Below are positions 1 to 14,300 of a DNA stretch of 64,000 bases, piece by piece. This DNA is from Acanthaster planci (taxonomy: Eukaryota), in contig NW_019091356.1 of assembly GCF_001949145.1 (NCBI RefSeq), positions 4,074,934-4,138,933 on the forward strand. The letters run 5' to 3'. The notes beneath the pieces are model-generated. The model was given only the letters and a program-made list of their open reading frames with translations. It made no database searches and was not told the DNA's origin. Position 1 is the stretch's first letter, and every line of letters begins with the position of its first letter. A program made the position numbers and the translations under genes.

Positions 1-435
1 CCCCATGCATGTTATTTCCTATAAGCCCTGACATTTAACTCCCAGACGTCGGGAATGGGGAATACGTATTCGTGTCTGAAAAGGGAAAGCGTAATTAAAA
101 TAACAAGTCCCAACGTACACCGGATTTAATTTGGTTTGAGTTTCATAGGGAATCGGGCATAGACTGCAAAGGAGTTTTTATGCGAAGAAGAAAGTCTTAT
201 TTGTGAATCCAAACAAGCATCGCCTCAAGTCAAAACACGTTTTGACCAAAGACATGCAGCTGAATGTACCATCATCTGCGCCAAACAAACTTGCAACATG
301 TTCTTGACAATAGCAGAATTTCCACATTTTGATACAGTTGTAGCATTAAAATACCGTCTTTGCGGTGCCTTCATTACGTCAAGAGGTGTTGAATTCCAGA
401 CAATAAGAATATTCTGTTTCCCGTTATCTTTATAG

Positions 436-552
436 GGTTGTGGTAATACCTTATGCGTCACTATCACGTGTGGCATCAAGGGACCAATCATCGCTGGTCA
501 GGGAGCCGTTGTTGACATGGATGCTGTGCTTTGGCAACGCACGTTGATCGAT
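436..552 (+). CDS. Integrin alpha subunit, internal exon (calf-2 domain); gene begins upstream of window
   Basis: Acceptor tatctttatAG, donor GTaaga, 117 nt, phase 0-0. Translates GCGNTLCVTITCGIKGPIIAGQGAVVDMDAVLWQRTLID, the C..C.I.C / LW..T pattern of integrin alpha calf-2. Joins in frame to the downstream TM/GFFKR exons. Confidence 0.85.
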
Positions 553-3500
553 GTAAGAGCTTGATATCAGTCGCTGGTCACAGCACCGCCGCAATCAAAG
601 GATTAACGTAGTTTTGGATCTTTAATGATCCTGTTGATGGAATAATTAGCATTTTCTAACAGCACGTCAACTTCCAGGGAGCACACATTCTATGATGGAA
701 ATCTACCCTACAACCTCAAAAGGCCGTATTTATTTATTTACTGTTTAATTTAATCAGGGTATCGTCAGTAAGACTTACTGCTATTAATGAGGGCTCTGGA
801 CATAAAACAAATTATCGTATACAGGAATAGAAAACTGAGAAACCAAAATAAAAAAATCTACAAAAGTAAGTCAAAAGTTAATCAAGAATAAGAAAAGACA
901 ACCAAACAACAAAAAAAAACCCTACTTTGTAGTTTTAATACTATGACTTTTGTAGTCATAGTACTCATGATCAGTAGCACTTTTTCTTGGATTGTAGCAG
1001 TAGTGCTTAAATTGAGTATTATTGCATGTACTTCTGACTAGTACCTACTACTTACACTAAAACAACTTCAAGACCGATCTAGTGACAAGAAGCAGGAGCC
1101 ATTAGTGAGGTGTCCTCACGCGCGTGTACAGAAGACACGCACACTGAATGCTTTCTCATCAGCCAATGGGAGCGTACTTCGAACTAAAATCATGCGCTCG
1201 TCAAGCTTAGGAACGTGTGCCTGAGTAACGGGGACCTAGCAGTAATAGCGTCAGCGAATCGCTCTATACAACTTGAAGCAAGAGTAGTCAAAATGCTCCC
1301 AGAAGGCAATATACTGGTGCTTCACTGTGCCTTTACTCTGATGCTATACATGCGAAACTGTGCGCGTTTACCAAGGACAAGAGTGGGTGTATTCGATTTA
1401 GCATCTGGACGAGGCATATTTACTCATTTCAAGCCTCAGTTTTTAAAAATCCACGCAAACATACAGACAGAGGTGAATGAGGAGGTGTGGTTAGTAAGGA
1501 GTTCAGAATGTGTAATCCGTTGGTAGTTTCACCCTAACGGAGCCCAGGCGTGTTAGTTCTCCTCGTCAACATTTCTCCAATATCGTGGCAGTTTGGCCGG
1601 GATTTTTTCATTGTATTGCGCTGAGCCTGAGGGGTTCTTTCAGTAACATTCTGCGGTCGTTTGGAAACCAATTTTGTGAAATCAGACATGCCTATACTTG
1701 CATAACGCGTATTTTTCCGAGACAGGGCAACCTAAAATCCATGCTTTTTCCATTGCGTGTTCAATTCACGAGGGACAACACGCTTTAGGGTGTAAACTTC
1801 AAATGACCACAACATCAACACCCTGTGTTATACTCAAGTAAAACCAGATTGTTCTCTCCTGATAATGACTGCCTTTACATGCGTGTGAAGTTTCAAAACG
1901 ATCGGGCATTTTACAGCTGAGTTCGGGGGGGGGGTCGGCGAAATCTGCCCCGGCTGTCAAATGGTCCAAAATAACCCGGTTAAGTTCCAACGAGAAATTT
2001 AAGCTTCTGTATGAATGATTCAGCAGTAGAAATTTAGCCCTGAAAACACACACACACACATACAAAATACAGCGCAGTTCTCAACGACCGTATTTGCCAC
2101 GCACAGTGACATATGACTGCATGCAATATGAATGATTTTGCAGATCAAACCAATTCTTTAAAAACGACTGCTCATAATTAGCTTTCTGGCAGCCCACACC
2201 ATGACGTTTTGCTTCGCTACAAATGATGAAGCATCTTAAATCGGTTTGCGGAAAACAACAATTTGAACACGACCTTGTTTGTTACCGCAGCACGATTCCA
2301 ACACCGTAAACCGCTTGTTCACGACGCAGAGACACTGCCTCAACAGAAACGTCAGCGCGCAGACGTTGAGGCGTCGGCACGATTATTCTGAAATTTGAAA
2401 ACATGGTTTGTTTGTTTGTTACAGACAAACACCGCACTCCTGTCCTTTTGCCCGTCCTTGCTTTAACTGGACCACTGAGGCGTGCCTGTGATTGCTGTAA
2501 TGAAGTTTTTTTTTTCAAAAGTGACAGACTTAGAGATCTTGTTTGTTGGACGCTGGTAATTGGACATCAATCAGGAAAGTAGTACGACCACCTCCCAAAA
2601 TAGAAATTAAGAGAAGGCCCTCATTTCCTGAATCTCGAAAAGTAGTTCACTTTACACTGAAGTAACCGATAACTGAACCCCTCTTACTCTAAAAACAGGA
2701 ATTTGGTGTGTTTTTGAAGACCATGAAATCTTCTTTGCGGTGAAACAGAGCGTTGGAGATTTTCGCTCGATTTTAGTTCGAAGCAGGGTCAGAATTCATG
2801 AAATTAAAATTGACGACTCCAACACCCCTGAGCTAGTCCCACTTCCAAACAAAGAATATAGGCCTTTCAGAGAAACTTAATATTTACATTTTCTTAAACA
2901 CCATTTGAGGTTGGAAACTGGTAGATCTCTGTTGATTAAATCAACGCTAATGCAAACAAGCTCTCAGAGTCAAGACAGCACGGCATCTTCTTTTCGCTAG
3001 CACCTCAACCACTCCTTCAAAATTCGGATCCCGTACATCTCGACGGCAAAATGTCTTTTAGCATGTCCTGACTGCTGACAAGCCGGGATCCACGCCGTGC
3101 GCTGAGCGTGGCCCAGCTGTTGAGTGTTTGCCATCCATTAGCCAAGGAAACATATCTCCACACGGGCGCATGCTAAGTGGACCGGATTGATAAATCGTGT
3201 GAATTTGGAAATTAATCACTATGTCCGCAGTGGTCTCGACATCGCTTCATCAAATGTCTTTTTAGCTAAGTGTTGGTTTTGGTATACAAGATAATTTGCT
3301 TTCAGACATGGCTGCTCGTCAGTGATAACCCCGCAGAATTCATTTCCTTCCCTTCTTCGACTCGCAATAGACTGAAGGCTCGATTTCTCATAAGTACTCT
3401 CCCTCTCTGGGAATGCATGTCGTAAAATTTGAAAGGAATCCTGTTAAGGTTACACCAAGGAAGTGTGATTTGTTTTCGCTACCTTCCTAGGCTTTCCACC

Positions 3501-3787
3501 CTTAAAAGCCTTTGTCGTTGAATGCAGGGGGGGTGTCTGGTGTCGTTTGAAGTAGTTATTTGCTGTTGACTGACGCTAGTCCACGCCAATTCTCTTCTCA
3601 GCCATTACTTATCAAGAGATGAAAACTGACAGACAAATAACCAACCACCCTTGGCATCAAGATTTAGAAGAGCGTATCTCAATAATATGCCTGAAAGATT
3701 ACGAATGAAACCATCCTAGTTTCAACATGACCAGGAGAGGTGACCAACCGAAGTGACATTATGTCTCATTTCCTTTCCAATGCACAG

Positions 3788-3892
3788 AATAATCTGGGGA
3801 GCGTGAATCTTGTCTCAACGGCAACGGTGTCGGTGCAGGATACCAACCACTCACACACGCAACCAGACGGCGGAATGCCGGATACCACTGAG
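3788..3892 (+). CDS. Integrin alpha subunit, internal exon (end of calf-2)
   Basis: Acceptor tttcctttccaatgcacAG, donor GTaatt, 105 nt, phase 0-0, open: NNLGSVNLVSTATVSVQDTNHSHTQPDGGMPDTTE. Confidence 0.75.
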
Positions 3893-4169
3893 GTAATTAC
3901 TTTCAGTACATGAGACGGCGTTATTTGCTGAAAGAGACGAATGAACAACAGGCGACGTGACAGCAGAGTTTTTTTAAATACAGGCATGGCACGAGCTGTA
4001 TATTTAGCGAGCTTGTGTACTGTGAGCCGGGGGAAATGAAGCACTTCGATAACTTTGATGAATGTCAGCACTTTCAATGTTCTCAGGAAGTACAGGCTGA
4101 GGTTTGAGGGCAAACATCTCATATTTGACTAATGAGCGGTCTTTCGGACTTTGCCGATTACCTTGTCAT

Positions 4170-4292
4170 AACAGGAACCTTGTATAATTAGGAATGGAAA
4201 CAATAGAGAACGAAAGATTGGGACCTAAATATTTTCTTGTTATAAGCAGAATCTTGTATTAACAGTGCTCTTATTAACGAAGTTCGACTGCA
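4170..4292. mobile_element. Possible Tc1/mariner-pogo-type MITE remnant (one end only)
   Basis: Ends in ttattaacgaagttcgactgca and has repeated (g)ttataa(c)-like motifs, resembling the CAGTCGAAC... terminus of pogo-like MITEs. No matching left TIR found. Confidence 0.25.
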
Positions 4293-4328
4293 TCTTGTTC
4301 ATGTCAATATTAATTTTCGCCTTCTTAG

Positions 4329-4448
4329 TTGAGGACGATGGTGTTTATTGAAGAGGTACCCAAGAAGCCGGTCGAACCTTGGATTATCGCTGTCAGCACT
4401 TTGGGAGGAATACTTGGGCTTATCTTCTTAATCCTGGCTCTGTGGAAA
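4329..4448 (+). CDS. Integrin alpha subunit, transmembrane exon
   Basis: Acceptor cttcttAG, donor GTgagt, 120 nt. LRTMVFIEEVPKKPVEPWIIAVSTLGGILGLIFLILALWK matches the integrin alpha TM consensus (WII...LGG.L.L....LWK). Confidence 0.93.
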
Positions 4449-4815
4449 GTGAGTGCATGTACACTGACCCACTAGTTTTATTGCATCACTGCGCAATCTT
4501 GTGAGGGCGCCATTTACCCACTGCAGGCACCATTCACTAAAGCATCGAATCTGTTCTTATCTGTAGTCCATCACGAACTACAGGCCGGGCCTCGACTTTC
4601 TGGGGGTCTAAAGGTCCTTTTCTTGGCTGAGATTAATTCAAGAATCCGTTAACCTATTTCAATCAATACTTCTCATCTGACTGATTGAAGTACAAGTGAT
4701 GACCTCATGAGAGTTTAAAGTAACGTGACATTCGGAGCCATTACTGAAATGCAAATGAGCGCCATCAAAAATTCAGACAGAACTTAATTTTTGTATCTTT
4801 TTGTTTCCCTTTCAG

Positions 4816-4878
4816 CTCGGATTCTTCAAAAGGCGGGAAAAGGACAAACTGGAAAAAGCCATGGAGAACGGCCTTTGA
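4816..4878 (+). CDS. Integrin alpha subunit, last coding exon (cytoplasmic tail)
   Basis: Acceptor tttccctttcAG. LGFFKRREKDKLEKAMENGL* contains the diagnostic GFFKR motif directly after the TM exon. Confidence 0.93.
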   Translation, partial: LGFFKRREKDKLEKAMENGL

Positions 4879-7800
4879 ACTGCTCCACTTTGAATCAAAC
4901 GACTATTGCCACAGCAGTGCCTGTTTACATGCTTATTGCTCCCAGCGTAGATTTGTCTCACAATGTGTTTGAGAAGTTTTCTAGCAGATACATTAAACTT
5001 ACTAATCTTTTATAAGTACAAAGTAGCAGAATTACAAACAAGTGTCAGTGAAATCTGCTGCTTTGTGCAAAGCCAGATTTGTTCATTTTAAAATTTCAAG
5101 GTAAGATTTTGGCACGAGTAATGTGCCGTATGTGTGAAAATTCAGCACGCGCAGACTGACTTGTGATCAGTCCAGGACTTTTCTACACTAGTGATACAAC
5201 TTGCCTTAGTTAGAATTCAATTTTGTCTTGTCTCTACATACCTGCAACGTCTTTTCCATAAAAGTGCTCTTATTAACAGAAGTGGATTTAGAATTGCCTT
5301 TTTGTATTTTGTATATTTCTACAATATTCATGTAATTTTGTATCATACCCGTTAATAACAATCGCCAAGTTGATGTTATCGTGCAAAAATAAGTGTATCC
5401 AAAAAAAAAAATCGGAAGAAAAACAGAAACTATGCCTTAAACTGAAGCTGCAGAAGTTGGATGAATCGGTGCTTTGCCAAATCCATTGCCAACGATGGAC
5501 TTCTATTTAGTAGTATCTGCTCAATGCAGATGACTGCAGCATTCTTTCTCATATTAAGGGAGGATAAAGATAAACTGAATGATAAACAAAAGCAAGTTAG
5601 ATAATTACTTGAAATTTGTAACTGTATGCAAGTAAGCAATTTAAAAGTGCATGTGTAATGTTCACAGCTTCCCTCTTTTAAATACATGTTGTTTTAAGTA
5701 TTTCGGATATAATCGCATCAACTCGTTGTAAAATCTGTAATAAGTACATGTGATTGTGAAAATCTTGCTTTGTTTTTAACATCTGTACTATCGACGACAT
5801 TAATTTGATACCGATGGAATGCATTTCACAATGAAAATAGAGTATTAATTCCTTTGGTTCAAAACTGTAAGGTCGGTATATTGGGTTTATTGTATATAAT
5901 CTGGTCTTTTTTGCGGCAAACAGAAACAACTTTGCAAAAAAAATGGCATGTCAACCTACCTGACAGTGCCCGGCACAGTTATCCACTAGTATAATCAGTG
6001 TACAATACGCTTAATGGACACTTAGTGTTGTTTTAAATGGCCTGTATATTTATTGTAGACAAACTATTGCAATTAAAAACAATCTGTATAAATGCCCTGT
6101 TGTCGTGAGCCATTTCTACAAAACAACTGATTCAAGGAAGTCGCTTTTAATGCACGTCTTTAATATGATCTAATCCTTAATTGAGAACTGAGATGTCATT
6201 TACAGGAACGTGAATGTTTTCCATTTGTGAAACCCCTTTCTGATAAACAGATTTCTATTTTTGGTTGACCAGTATCAGTGTTTGGCCTCTGGCAGCAAAC
6301 GGAAGTCTACGTCTCGGTCTGGCTGCACATTATTTTTTCTTCCCTTTCCAATGTTTTTATATGATGTCTGTGTTTTTATATGATGTCCGTTTCATGAGTT
6401 CCAGCGTGGTATTGGTTGGCGTCACAGCCAGCCTGCGGAGTGATGGCTCTCACACGTTGGCTGTTTGGTCATTAAGTAAGGTGTTGGAACGAGAAATGAC
6501 GTATCCTCTGAAACACAACATGACAGAAGCCGCCAGTGATTAGTTCTCATGTAGATTATCTCTCTTATTAAGTATTCAGTAGTTCAGCGATCTTTCCCGT
6601 GCACGTCTGCAGTTGTGTACTGTTTATGGCAGGGTAGATTACCTTATATTATTTTCCAGCAGTGTTATTTCTGTTACGAAGTCGTGGTGTTAAGCTCAAA
6701 AATTATTTGTTGTAAAGTAACTACCCAGTGCTGCGTAATGGCAGTTTCTAATGGATTTGCCGATCGTCGGCGTGCCATTTCAAGAAGTATAAGGTCAAAA
6801 TGTGAACTCACATCAGTTCCTCGAACGGCTCTGCGTCAAAGTACAACTTTTGAAGTGAAATAATTAAAATAAAAGTAATATAAAACATTCGAGACTTAAT
6901 GCCTTTGTTTTGAGTCTTTTTTAAGTTAGGAATACAGCTTTTCTTTTCAACTGAAATGCTCAAGTTCTGTGTGATTTTACGGTAGATGGCACCGAACGTG
7001 TACAGTATTGCAAGATGGTGGCCGAATCCAGAGATTCTGCGCGTGTACAAGGAATTGGTTTCGGCAAACAGCAACAAAGAAAAGACAGGAAGATACATCA
7101 ATAAACAATGTCAACATTCAGAACTTTACCCGTACTGAGGAGGATCGAAACTGTTTACTTTTAATTAAGACACGTGCTGATACAGTCACGTTTTGTAACC
7201 AATCCTGGCCTGGGACTCTAACGACTGTATGATATTGTTGTCTCCAACCCCTTGTCGTTGAATGGGAGCGCCCGGCGCGTGACAGGATTGAATTGACAAC
7301 GGCTCTTTCATTGAGGGCACTCGGGGAGTTTTCAGGTCGTTGATGATGGCCCGAGATGATGGATCCATATTTCGACCCATACGCCTGATACGGTATACAA
7401 CACAATGCGAGTCACGTCACTGCCCGAGTTCTCGATCGGCTGCACGAGCCGATACCATAATGCCTCACCGGGGGTCGTAATAATCATATTGATGGTACAA
7501 CGGGTTAAATGGACTGATCCATTTAGAAATACTCACGGGAATAATCACGGGCAGTTTAAAATACCACTGCAATAACTGATCTCACCGAAATCTCTCGACG
7601 AAAGAACGAAAAGTGTGCACTGTTCGTATCCAGGAAAGCTCTTTTTTGGATAATATTTATAAATCTGACAGTGGAATCGTCTATTTGGGAGATTAATAAT
7701 CATCAGAAAGCCTGTGTACTGTGATGAGCGCGCAGGTTAAGTTCGGCCGATGCACTTGATTTGTCACGTCGGAGTTTGGCGAAGGAAAGTCACCATGAAG

Positions 7801-8368
7801 AAACCAATCAAGCAGAGCGAGCTGTGAGCTGCAGTGGGGAGTTGGTAAGGTCGAGACGGTATCCAGTCGGTCGCGTCCCTGGTTCAAGGTGAAAACTGCC
7901 ACGAGACGGTGACGTTACATGCCACGTTCGTGGTGTCGTTGAGCTCGATTTAAGAAAACAAAACAAGTGCACTAGCTTCTCGTCGAACGGAGCCACAAAG
8001 TAATGTCAGTTTGAAATTATGTTATTTCTCGATTTGGAGGTTGATTTCTGGATCAATCAATGAATGCAACATAAACAACGTGAAGACTAAAACCACGTTG
8101 TTCGCTTGCGAAGAACCGACACACGTCAACTCGGCCTTCCTTGTTAGAACAGGATTTATTAACATATACTTTTCAAACTAGGTTTTCGCTTAGGCCTACA
8201 TTCGTTGTACTGCAAACTGAGTTTTTTGAAAGGACATCATACAAGCCTATACCTGATTTCCGCCGAGGAGCTACTCGTCCACATCACCAGGGTAGTCAGC
8301 CATTATCTCCTGTGTCATCTCTCCGTGACTTGGCAGACGTTAAGAAGAGACAGCTCTTTCCTCCTGCA

Positions 8369-8399
8369 ATGATGAACAGAAGTGCAAGTAGTGGAGATG
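8369..8399 (+). CDS. Candidate alternative first coding exon of the BTB-BACK gene
   Basis: ATG ATG AAC AGA AGT GCA AGT AGT GGA GAT G|GTAAGT: perfect donor, phase 1, compatible with the acceptor at 26711. No homology evidence. Confidence 0.3.
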
Positions 8400-11300
8400 G
8401 TAAGTACAGATAGATCAGACTCTTGAGATCAAACTGATTGAAACTACCGAGTCGATTAACAGTGAATTCATGACAACTTAACGTGAAAATACAGGCAACC
8501 AGATTTCCTCCTTGCTTTTACTAATTCTACTCATTGTTATATTGCCCATTTAACATGTCGAACAGGTGGTCAGTATCTCTTTTTGATTTAATCATAATTT
8601 TGTTCTTTCTTATATTGTAACCGATCATTCTTCCACAGCTTGATAATCGTAAGAATTAATAGCAAGCCAAATAACATGAATTATTTATGCTGGAACATGC
8701 ACAAAAACAACAGAGCTATACTCTGCATGCCATGATAATAAGAAAACGTAATATAAGGGGCCAAATTATTAAGGTGCTATCCTCCTCTCCATCTCTGAAT
8801 CATCGTCATGTTTGGTATAATATTGAAATTTCTTGGGTTAGTACAAAATAGTTCGTCTACTGTTCATGTTCTCACAGTATTCTTGTGCATTGATGGAACA
8901 TGGTTATTATTAAGGAAGTTTTAATATTGTTTGTTTGCTAATTAAATATTGATAGGGACTCCAATTGTGCCTTGTCGTTGATGAGGTATCTGCAGGCTTG
9001 CGGCTGTTAATGGAAACTGGTTATACTACGTGCGCGTGTTGAAAAATTCATACCAAGTAATCAGCGATACACCTTCATGTTGGCTCAAGGCTGCAGGCCT
9101 TGGATGTGAGAGCATATAGCCAGCTCTTAGATCAGTGGTAATGAACGCAGTCTAGTTGTGCGCCAACACGGCCTTGCTGCAGGCAAACCTCTGTGTTACA
9201 ATAGCCCTTATTATGCAGAATTGGCTTGTGCTGGACTTCAGACAAACCTGTTATGTTAGTTGCACGCCAGTGGTTAGCAGAAATTGAAAGAGCGCGATGT
9301 ACCAGGCTCAAGAGGCGAACCTTCTCATCACAAAATAGAAAAACAACAAAACTGTCAAACAGTTGAGCGTTATTGCAGTTAATGATGTACCGTGTTCGGT
9401 GCTGAAGAAATCACAGAGAGCGACGTACGTCATTAACATTAATCTCCCCGAAGCCTATTTAAACTAGTCCAGGGCAACTGCACTCAGGGTGTTAATGCAT
9501 GCTACTCAAGCAATGCCATCTCGACTATGATGGATGCCTTCCTCAAAATACTCTAAATGGACGCATTAAAGGACGGGGAAACTTTAGCTCCACAATTGGT
9601 GTCATCTACACCGAATGTACACCGTCGATTTTGCCAGCGGGCCTAGCAAGATTACATAGGCCTACAAGTAATAAAACCACTTCTGTTTAAACTGGATTTA
9701 TTTACGCAGAGCCATCCGCATAAATGTGAAATCAAAGGCGGAAAAACCGGGCCAGACACCCTAATCTCATTACACATTTCAGTTATGCGGTCTTATTGAG
9801 AGGAGCGCATCGACCTATTGATTTTCGTGTAAACTTACACGGGCCATGCTTGCCTCTGGCGGAAATTTGTTTTTTTCCCCAAGTTTGTTTGCCGAAGCAA
9901 TGGTCGGTATTAGTGACATGGTGAGTGGAGTCGTATCATACAGCTATAGTTATACACAACCAAGGGACGATTTTAGGGCAAGTACTGAACCTCCAGCACC
10001 TGAGGGGTACCGTAGTGGGAAATATTTAGGGGAAAGCTTCCTCCAATGACATCAGGTCGACGCCAAGTAGAACGTGCTAATAGATGACACCAGCTTGCGG
10101 ATTTATTCCATAGACGCACGCGCTATGTCCACTGAAGTAATTTGGGCACAGCCGACCTCACTTCGCCCGGAAAACTTGCCTTTCTCGGCTGACAGGTTAC
10201 AACATGTAACCGAGTTATATCGAGGAGGGTAATCGTACAAAAGATGGAGAACATGACGCGGCTGAATGTTCTTCTGTTGGTCCACGGTTGTCAGTGTGAC
10301 CATGAAGTCGGAAGATGAAAGCCTCTTTGCCCTCTATGGATTTGGAGAAGCGCAAAAATAGCATGAAAATCTGTACCCCCCACCCCTCAAAACAAGTAAC
10401 ATCTTCCTGGTCACGCCTACACAAATGACGTATTCAGGTTCTAATCGTCGAGCGTAAAGTGTTATCCAAGAATAGGTTGAATGAGCAAAAAGTCTCCATA
10501 TCACCAATACCCTTTATTCGAGTGAAATTATGTTTGTCTTGTGACATAGCCCGTGTCAGTTTAACCCCGATGGGATTTCAGAAGGTCTGCACATAACTAT
10601 ATTACAATCAGCGAGAGGACGCGCAGATGGGCACGGGCTCAGTCTTGCCATTACGAACAGGACTTCGGCCTATTTTGGACTGTACGGTTGCGCAAAATAA
10701 ATTTACTCTTTGAAATTAATGTCCCTGTCTTGTTTGGACGGGTAAGGAAGATGTGATCCTTCCTCCTTGTGGATACCCAGTTCTTAAAAGAGAGTCCGAT
10801 GAGTCTACCAAAAAAACTGATTTTTTAAAGTTGTCTTTAGTATATTTGGTTTTTATCGGTTATGCATTTCGCACCATCGTGCCAATTGCATTTGGACAAT
10901 ACAATGCACGGGTGATCTGAAGTTTCACGCTACTTGTTAAGTCTTAACAAAGGAGGAACAGCAAACTGCCCCAGGTTACCTGGCCGAAATGGTGAAAGTC
11001 TCCTTCTAATTCTTTTCCGGTCCGAAGAGACTGTTTTGACAGGGCCTTTGTTGAACCGGTTATATGACGGCTTTTGTTTTTAGGCAACACCTTGAGCCGC
11101 CTTGAGGTGTTCGGGGAGAGAGAAAGAGGTTGAACTGTATATTCAGATCTCGATGCACCGCAAGCGTTCGATCGAGAGAAAGATAAACATCTTGATCCAT
11201 TACGTGGGAGAAGCTTCCTCAGCAATGGAGAGGACAAATCGCATGAACTTTTCATGCATTGAAGACTATCATAAGAAAAAACTAAACCTTTGGTTCAGCG

Positions 11301-14300
11301 GCAGCTCGGGCAAGCTTTTCCCACGAAATTCGGTGGCGTGGAAAATGGGTTCCGCCCGTCAGCCTGTCGGTCGCGCGACAGTCAAAACGGGCAAATCCTT
11401 CAGTTGACGAACAGCGCCATCCGTGCTAACTTCACAAATTGATTTTGACAAGTAACTTGCGCAATAACACGAAAACCTTGACGTTTAAGAAATATTCACT
11501 TCTTGCAATTACAGTCTCTTTAATAGAGCAGAAATATTCAAATATCCGAATTCCATCCCGACAACGGAGTATCCTAAATGACGACTAACATTACCAAATA
11601 TATTTTAACGACATAAGAGACTCTTGCGTAAAATGCGTAAAATAAAAACGATGCTTGCAGACAGTTTCGTTTCCCAAACGTTAATTCCACGAGGTTCAAC
11701 TTGCATGTTTTGATTCTGTTCCAATCACAGATTCCATTGTTGCCATCGTGCCTCAAAATACAGACTGCTCAGTCCAAGCTTTTTGTTCCACGATATGTAT
11801 TCTTGGAGCACCAGAGACCGACAAATTGCCTGTCTGGTTAGTGACGCGGAGCGGTCCATAAACAGAATACTCTATGTTCAATCATATGTTTATATTTTTC
11901 TCGAGTTTACTAGCAACGGTATTCATGCTGTGCGCGTTCCGGACCACGTGCACAATAAGCAAAAAGTTCAAGCCATTCCGGACGACCGGTCAACATGCCC
12001 CGCGCTTAAATTTTTCCTTTATGGATGATCACCAGCCTTGGTGATTCTTGAAAAACACAATTCATTCAATCATTTGGTAATTATTGTCGCTAGCGACTCC
12101 CCTCCTCCCGTGGGTTAAAATTCCCCCGCGGGGTTATTTTGTCGCTAGAGCAGAAAGTTTGATTAGTTTTTTGCTGTCAATGCCATCGTCACGTAAAGGC
12201 CGGAGGCTGGTCAGAATATCTTGATCGAATTGTATCAAGAAGTGATTCGCTTGCATAAATAATCCCCACGCTGAGGGCGTACCTCTAATCCTGCAATTCA
12301 AATAAGAAAGCATCCCAGCATTATTTAGGTTCCTTTGCAGAGGCATCATACCTTTAAACACCGTTACAATGTTTCCATAAACTGAGAATTAAAATTCTTT
12401 AATAGTGAGCAATTAAGATGACAGACCTTCCGCGCCCCCCCCCCCAGGCAGCGGAATTCCACACTAAAGTCCTGCGCCCAGGATACGGCTCTCCTAATCC
12501 GTGTAGTCTACAAGTTACCCATAGCGCCATGAATGATTTGGAGCCAGAGCTCCCTCCCAAGACTGCTCGACCAAAGTTCCTTCTTTCAGGAGGGCGGGCG
12601 TGGACAGTAATGGATCACAGGACAGCGCTTATATTGGCGCGAGGCTCCGAAAAGGTATCAGGCTATAGTGTTAAGGCTCACTCGCGCAGCCATAAATTCA
12701 GGGAGTCTATAATAAACACCCGCGCAAAACACAGGCGCGCACTGCAAGCGGCTGTTCTCCAGAGTCATGAACAATTTATTGGATGTCACTAAGCTGGATT
12801 GCCGAAAGCTTGCTTGATTTGACCGAAGTGTCAAGTCAGAGGAGAGTTCCATCAAAGCTGGAAAATGGATTATCTGCATTTCCAGTAGCTGTGGAAAGTG
12901 GATGGGTACATCTAGCAAGTCGAGATATGCATGTAGGTTATCTCTGGGAGGCCTGCGGTGGCTCATTAATAGCACGTTGTCAGACAGAATATTCATAACT
13001 GTCGTTAAACCCTGCCATTCGCCGACCACCATCTATTACCCCCATTGCGAATGCTTCATGTTTATTTCATGATTGACAAGGATCCTCGTAGAATCGACGG
13101 TGCCACGTGAGAAACTCTGATAACAGGCGAATCAGAGCTTCAGAAGTAGGTCAATTGTCAAATTCGGCTTGTCTTGATTTCAGTAAATTAGCCCCCGCAC
13201 ATCGCTTTTCTTGTTGTCAATTTGCCACATCGTCTGGTCAGAATCAGGTATTGAATGTGATCATTTCATTCCAACTCAGCAGAAACAGAAAGGGAAGAGT
13301 CCTGTTTTGCCTTTGAGAACGGGGACTAACAAAACTGGTAGGCCTAAATGTTGGCCCACGGCGTCCGGTAACTGTAGGTGGTGCGTACGTGCGATTTCAG
13401 AAAGACGTCCCAGAACACCGACATTTCAGACAGCACTGTTGTTTTGCCCCAAAGGAACATTCATTTCACGTGTCGAATTCGGCCCATTATGTCGCAATTT
13501 ATTGCTTAATTTACCGCAAGGTGACAATTTGGCCTCCGGTTTATTCCCATCTGGGGATTCGCAATTGGTCCGTTGTCTGCGTGAGGACCGTACCGTCTGA
13601 TTTTGCACAAAATTTGACGGTCGTCCAACTTTGTCGAGCCTCCCATGGCACGTAGGCACACAGTGCTGCTCAGGTTTGTCACGACTTAGCCAAAAGGCAA
13701 CCACCTGTATACCTTCCAAACAGCCTAACTATTTTTTTATGGCAGATCACACAAAATATTTTTTTGTTTTTCTGTATTTCATCCACGTGTCGCTGAAAGA
13801 GCCATTTTTATTGTACAATAAAAAAGCTTCGCTGCATTATTATTTAAGCTCTTCCGGCTTTTTTCTCTGTTATCAGGCAGCACAAATACGGTAATAACCG
13901 TAATTGCATAAAATGACCAGTGTAAGAAAATTCTTATGACCACGAATAAAGAACAAATGGTACACAATTAGGCTTGTTGCTGCTCTATGGCTGGGCTAAA
14001 CTTCTCAAGGAAGGCCCTCTAAATCTTTTAAATTCCACAAAGTAATTGGGGCTAATTGAAGGGCAACAACCTGAGAAGGTAATAACAAGAGGCCACCATC
14101 GCCGGAATTTGTCCCTTTGGGGTCATAGACGTATTGCAGCTACTCGCTGCCGGCATGACCCGTCCTCCGAAATAAAATGAGCTAGCGGGTGATGTCGATG
14201 ATGCAGCTACAGTCGGCACAAGGCGCTGTTCATCGATTATTTCATCCCATTCCGCATCACTGGAGACCTATAAGAGCGCTCTCAGTGCGGAACCCGGGCG

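Noticed and set aside
1529..1985. Possible piggyBac-like MITE in an integrin intron
   Set aside because: Ends only loosely resemble ttaaccct...agggttaa; no convincing TIR pair or TTAA TSD.
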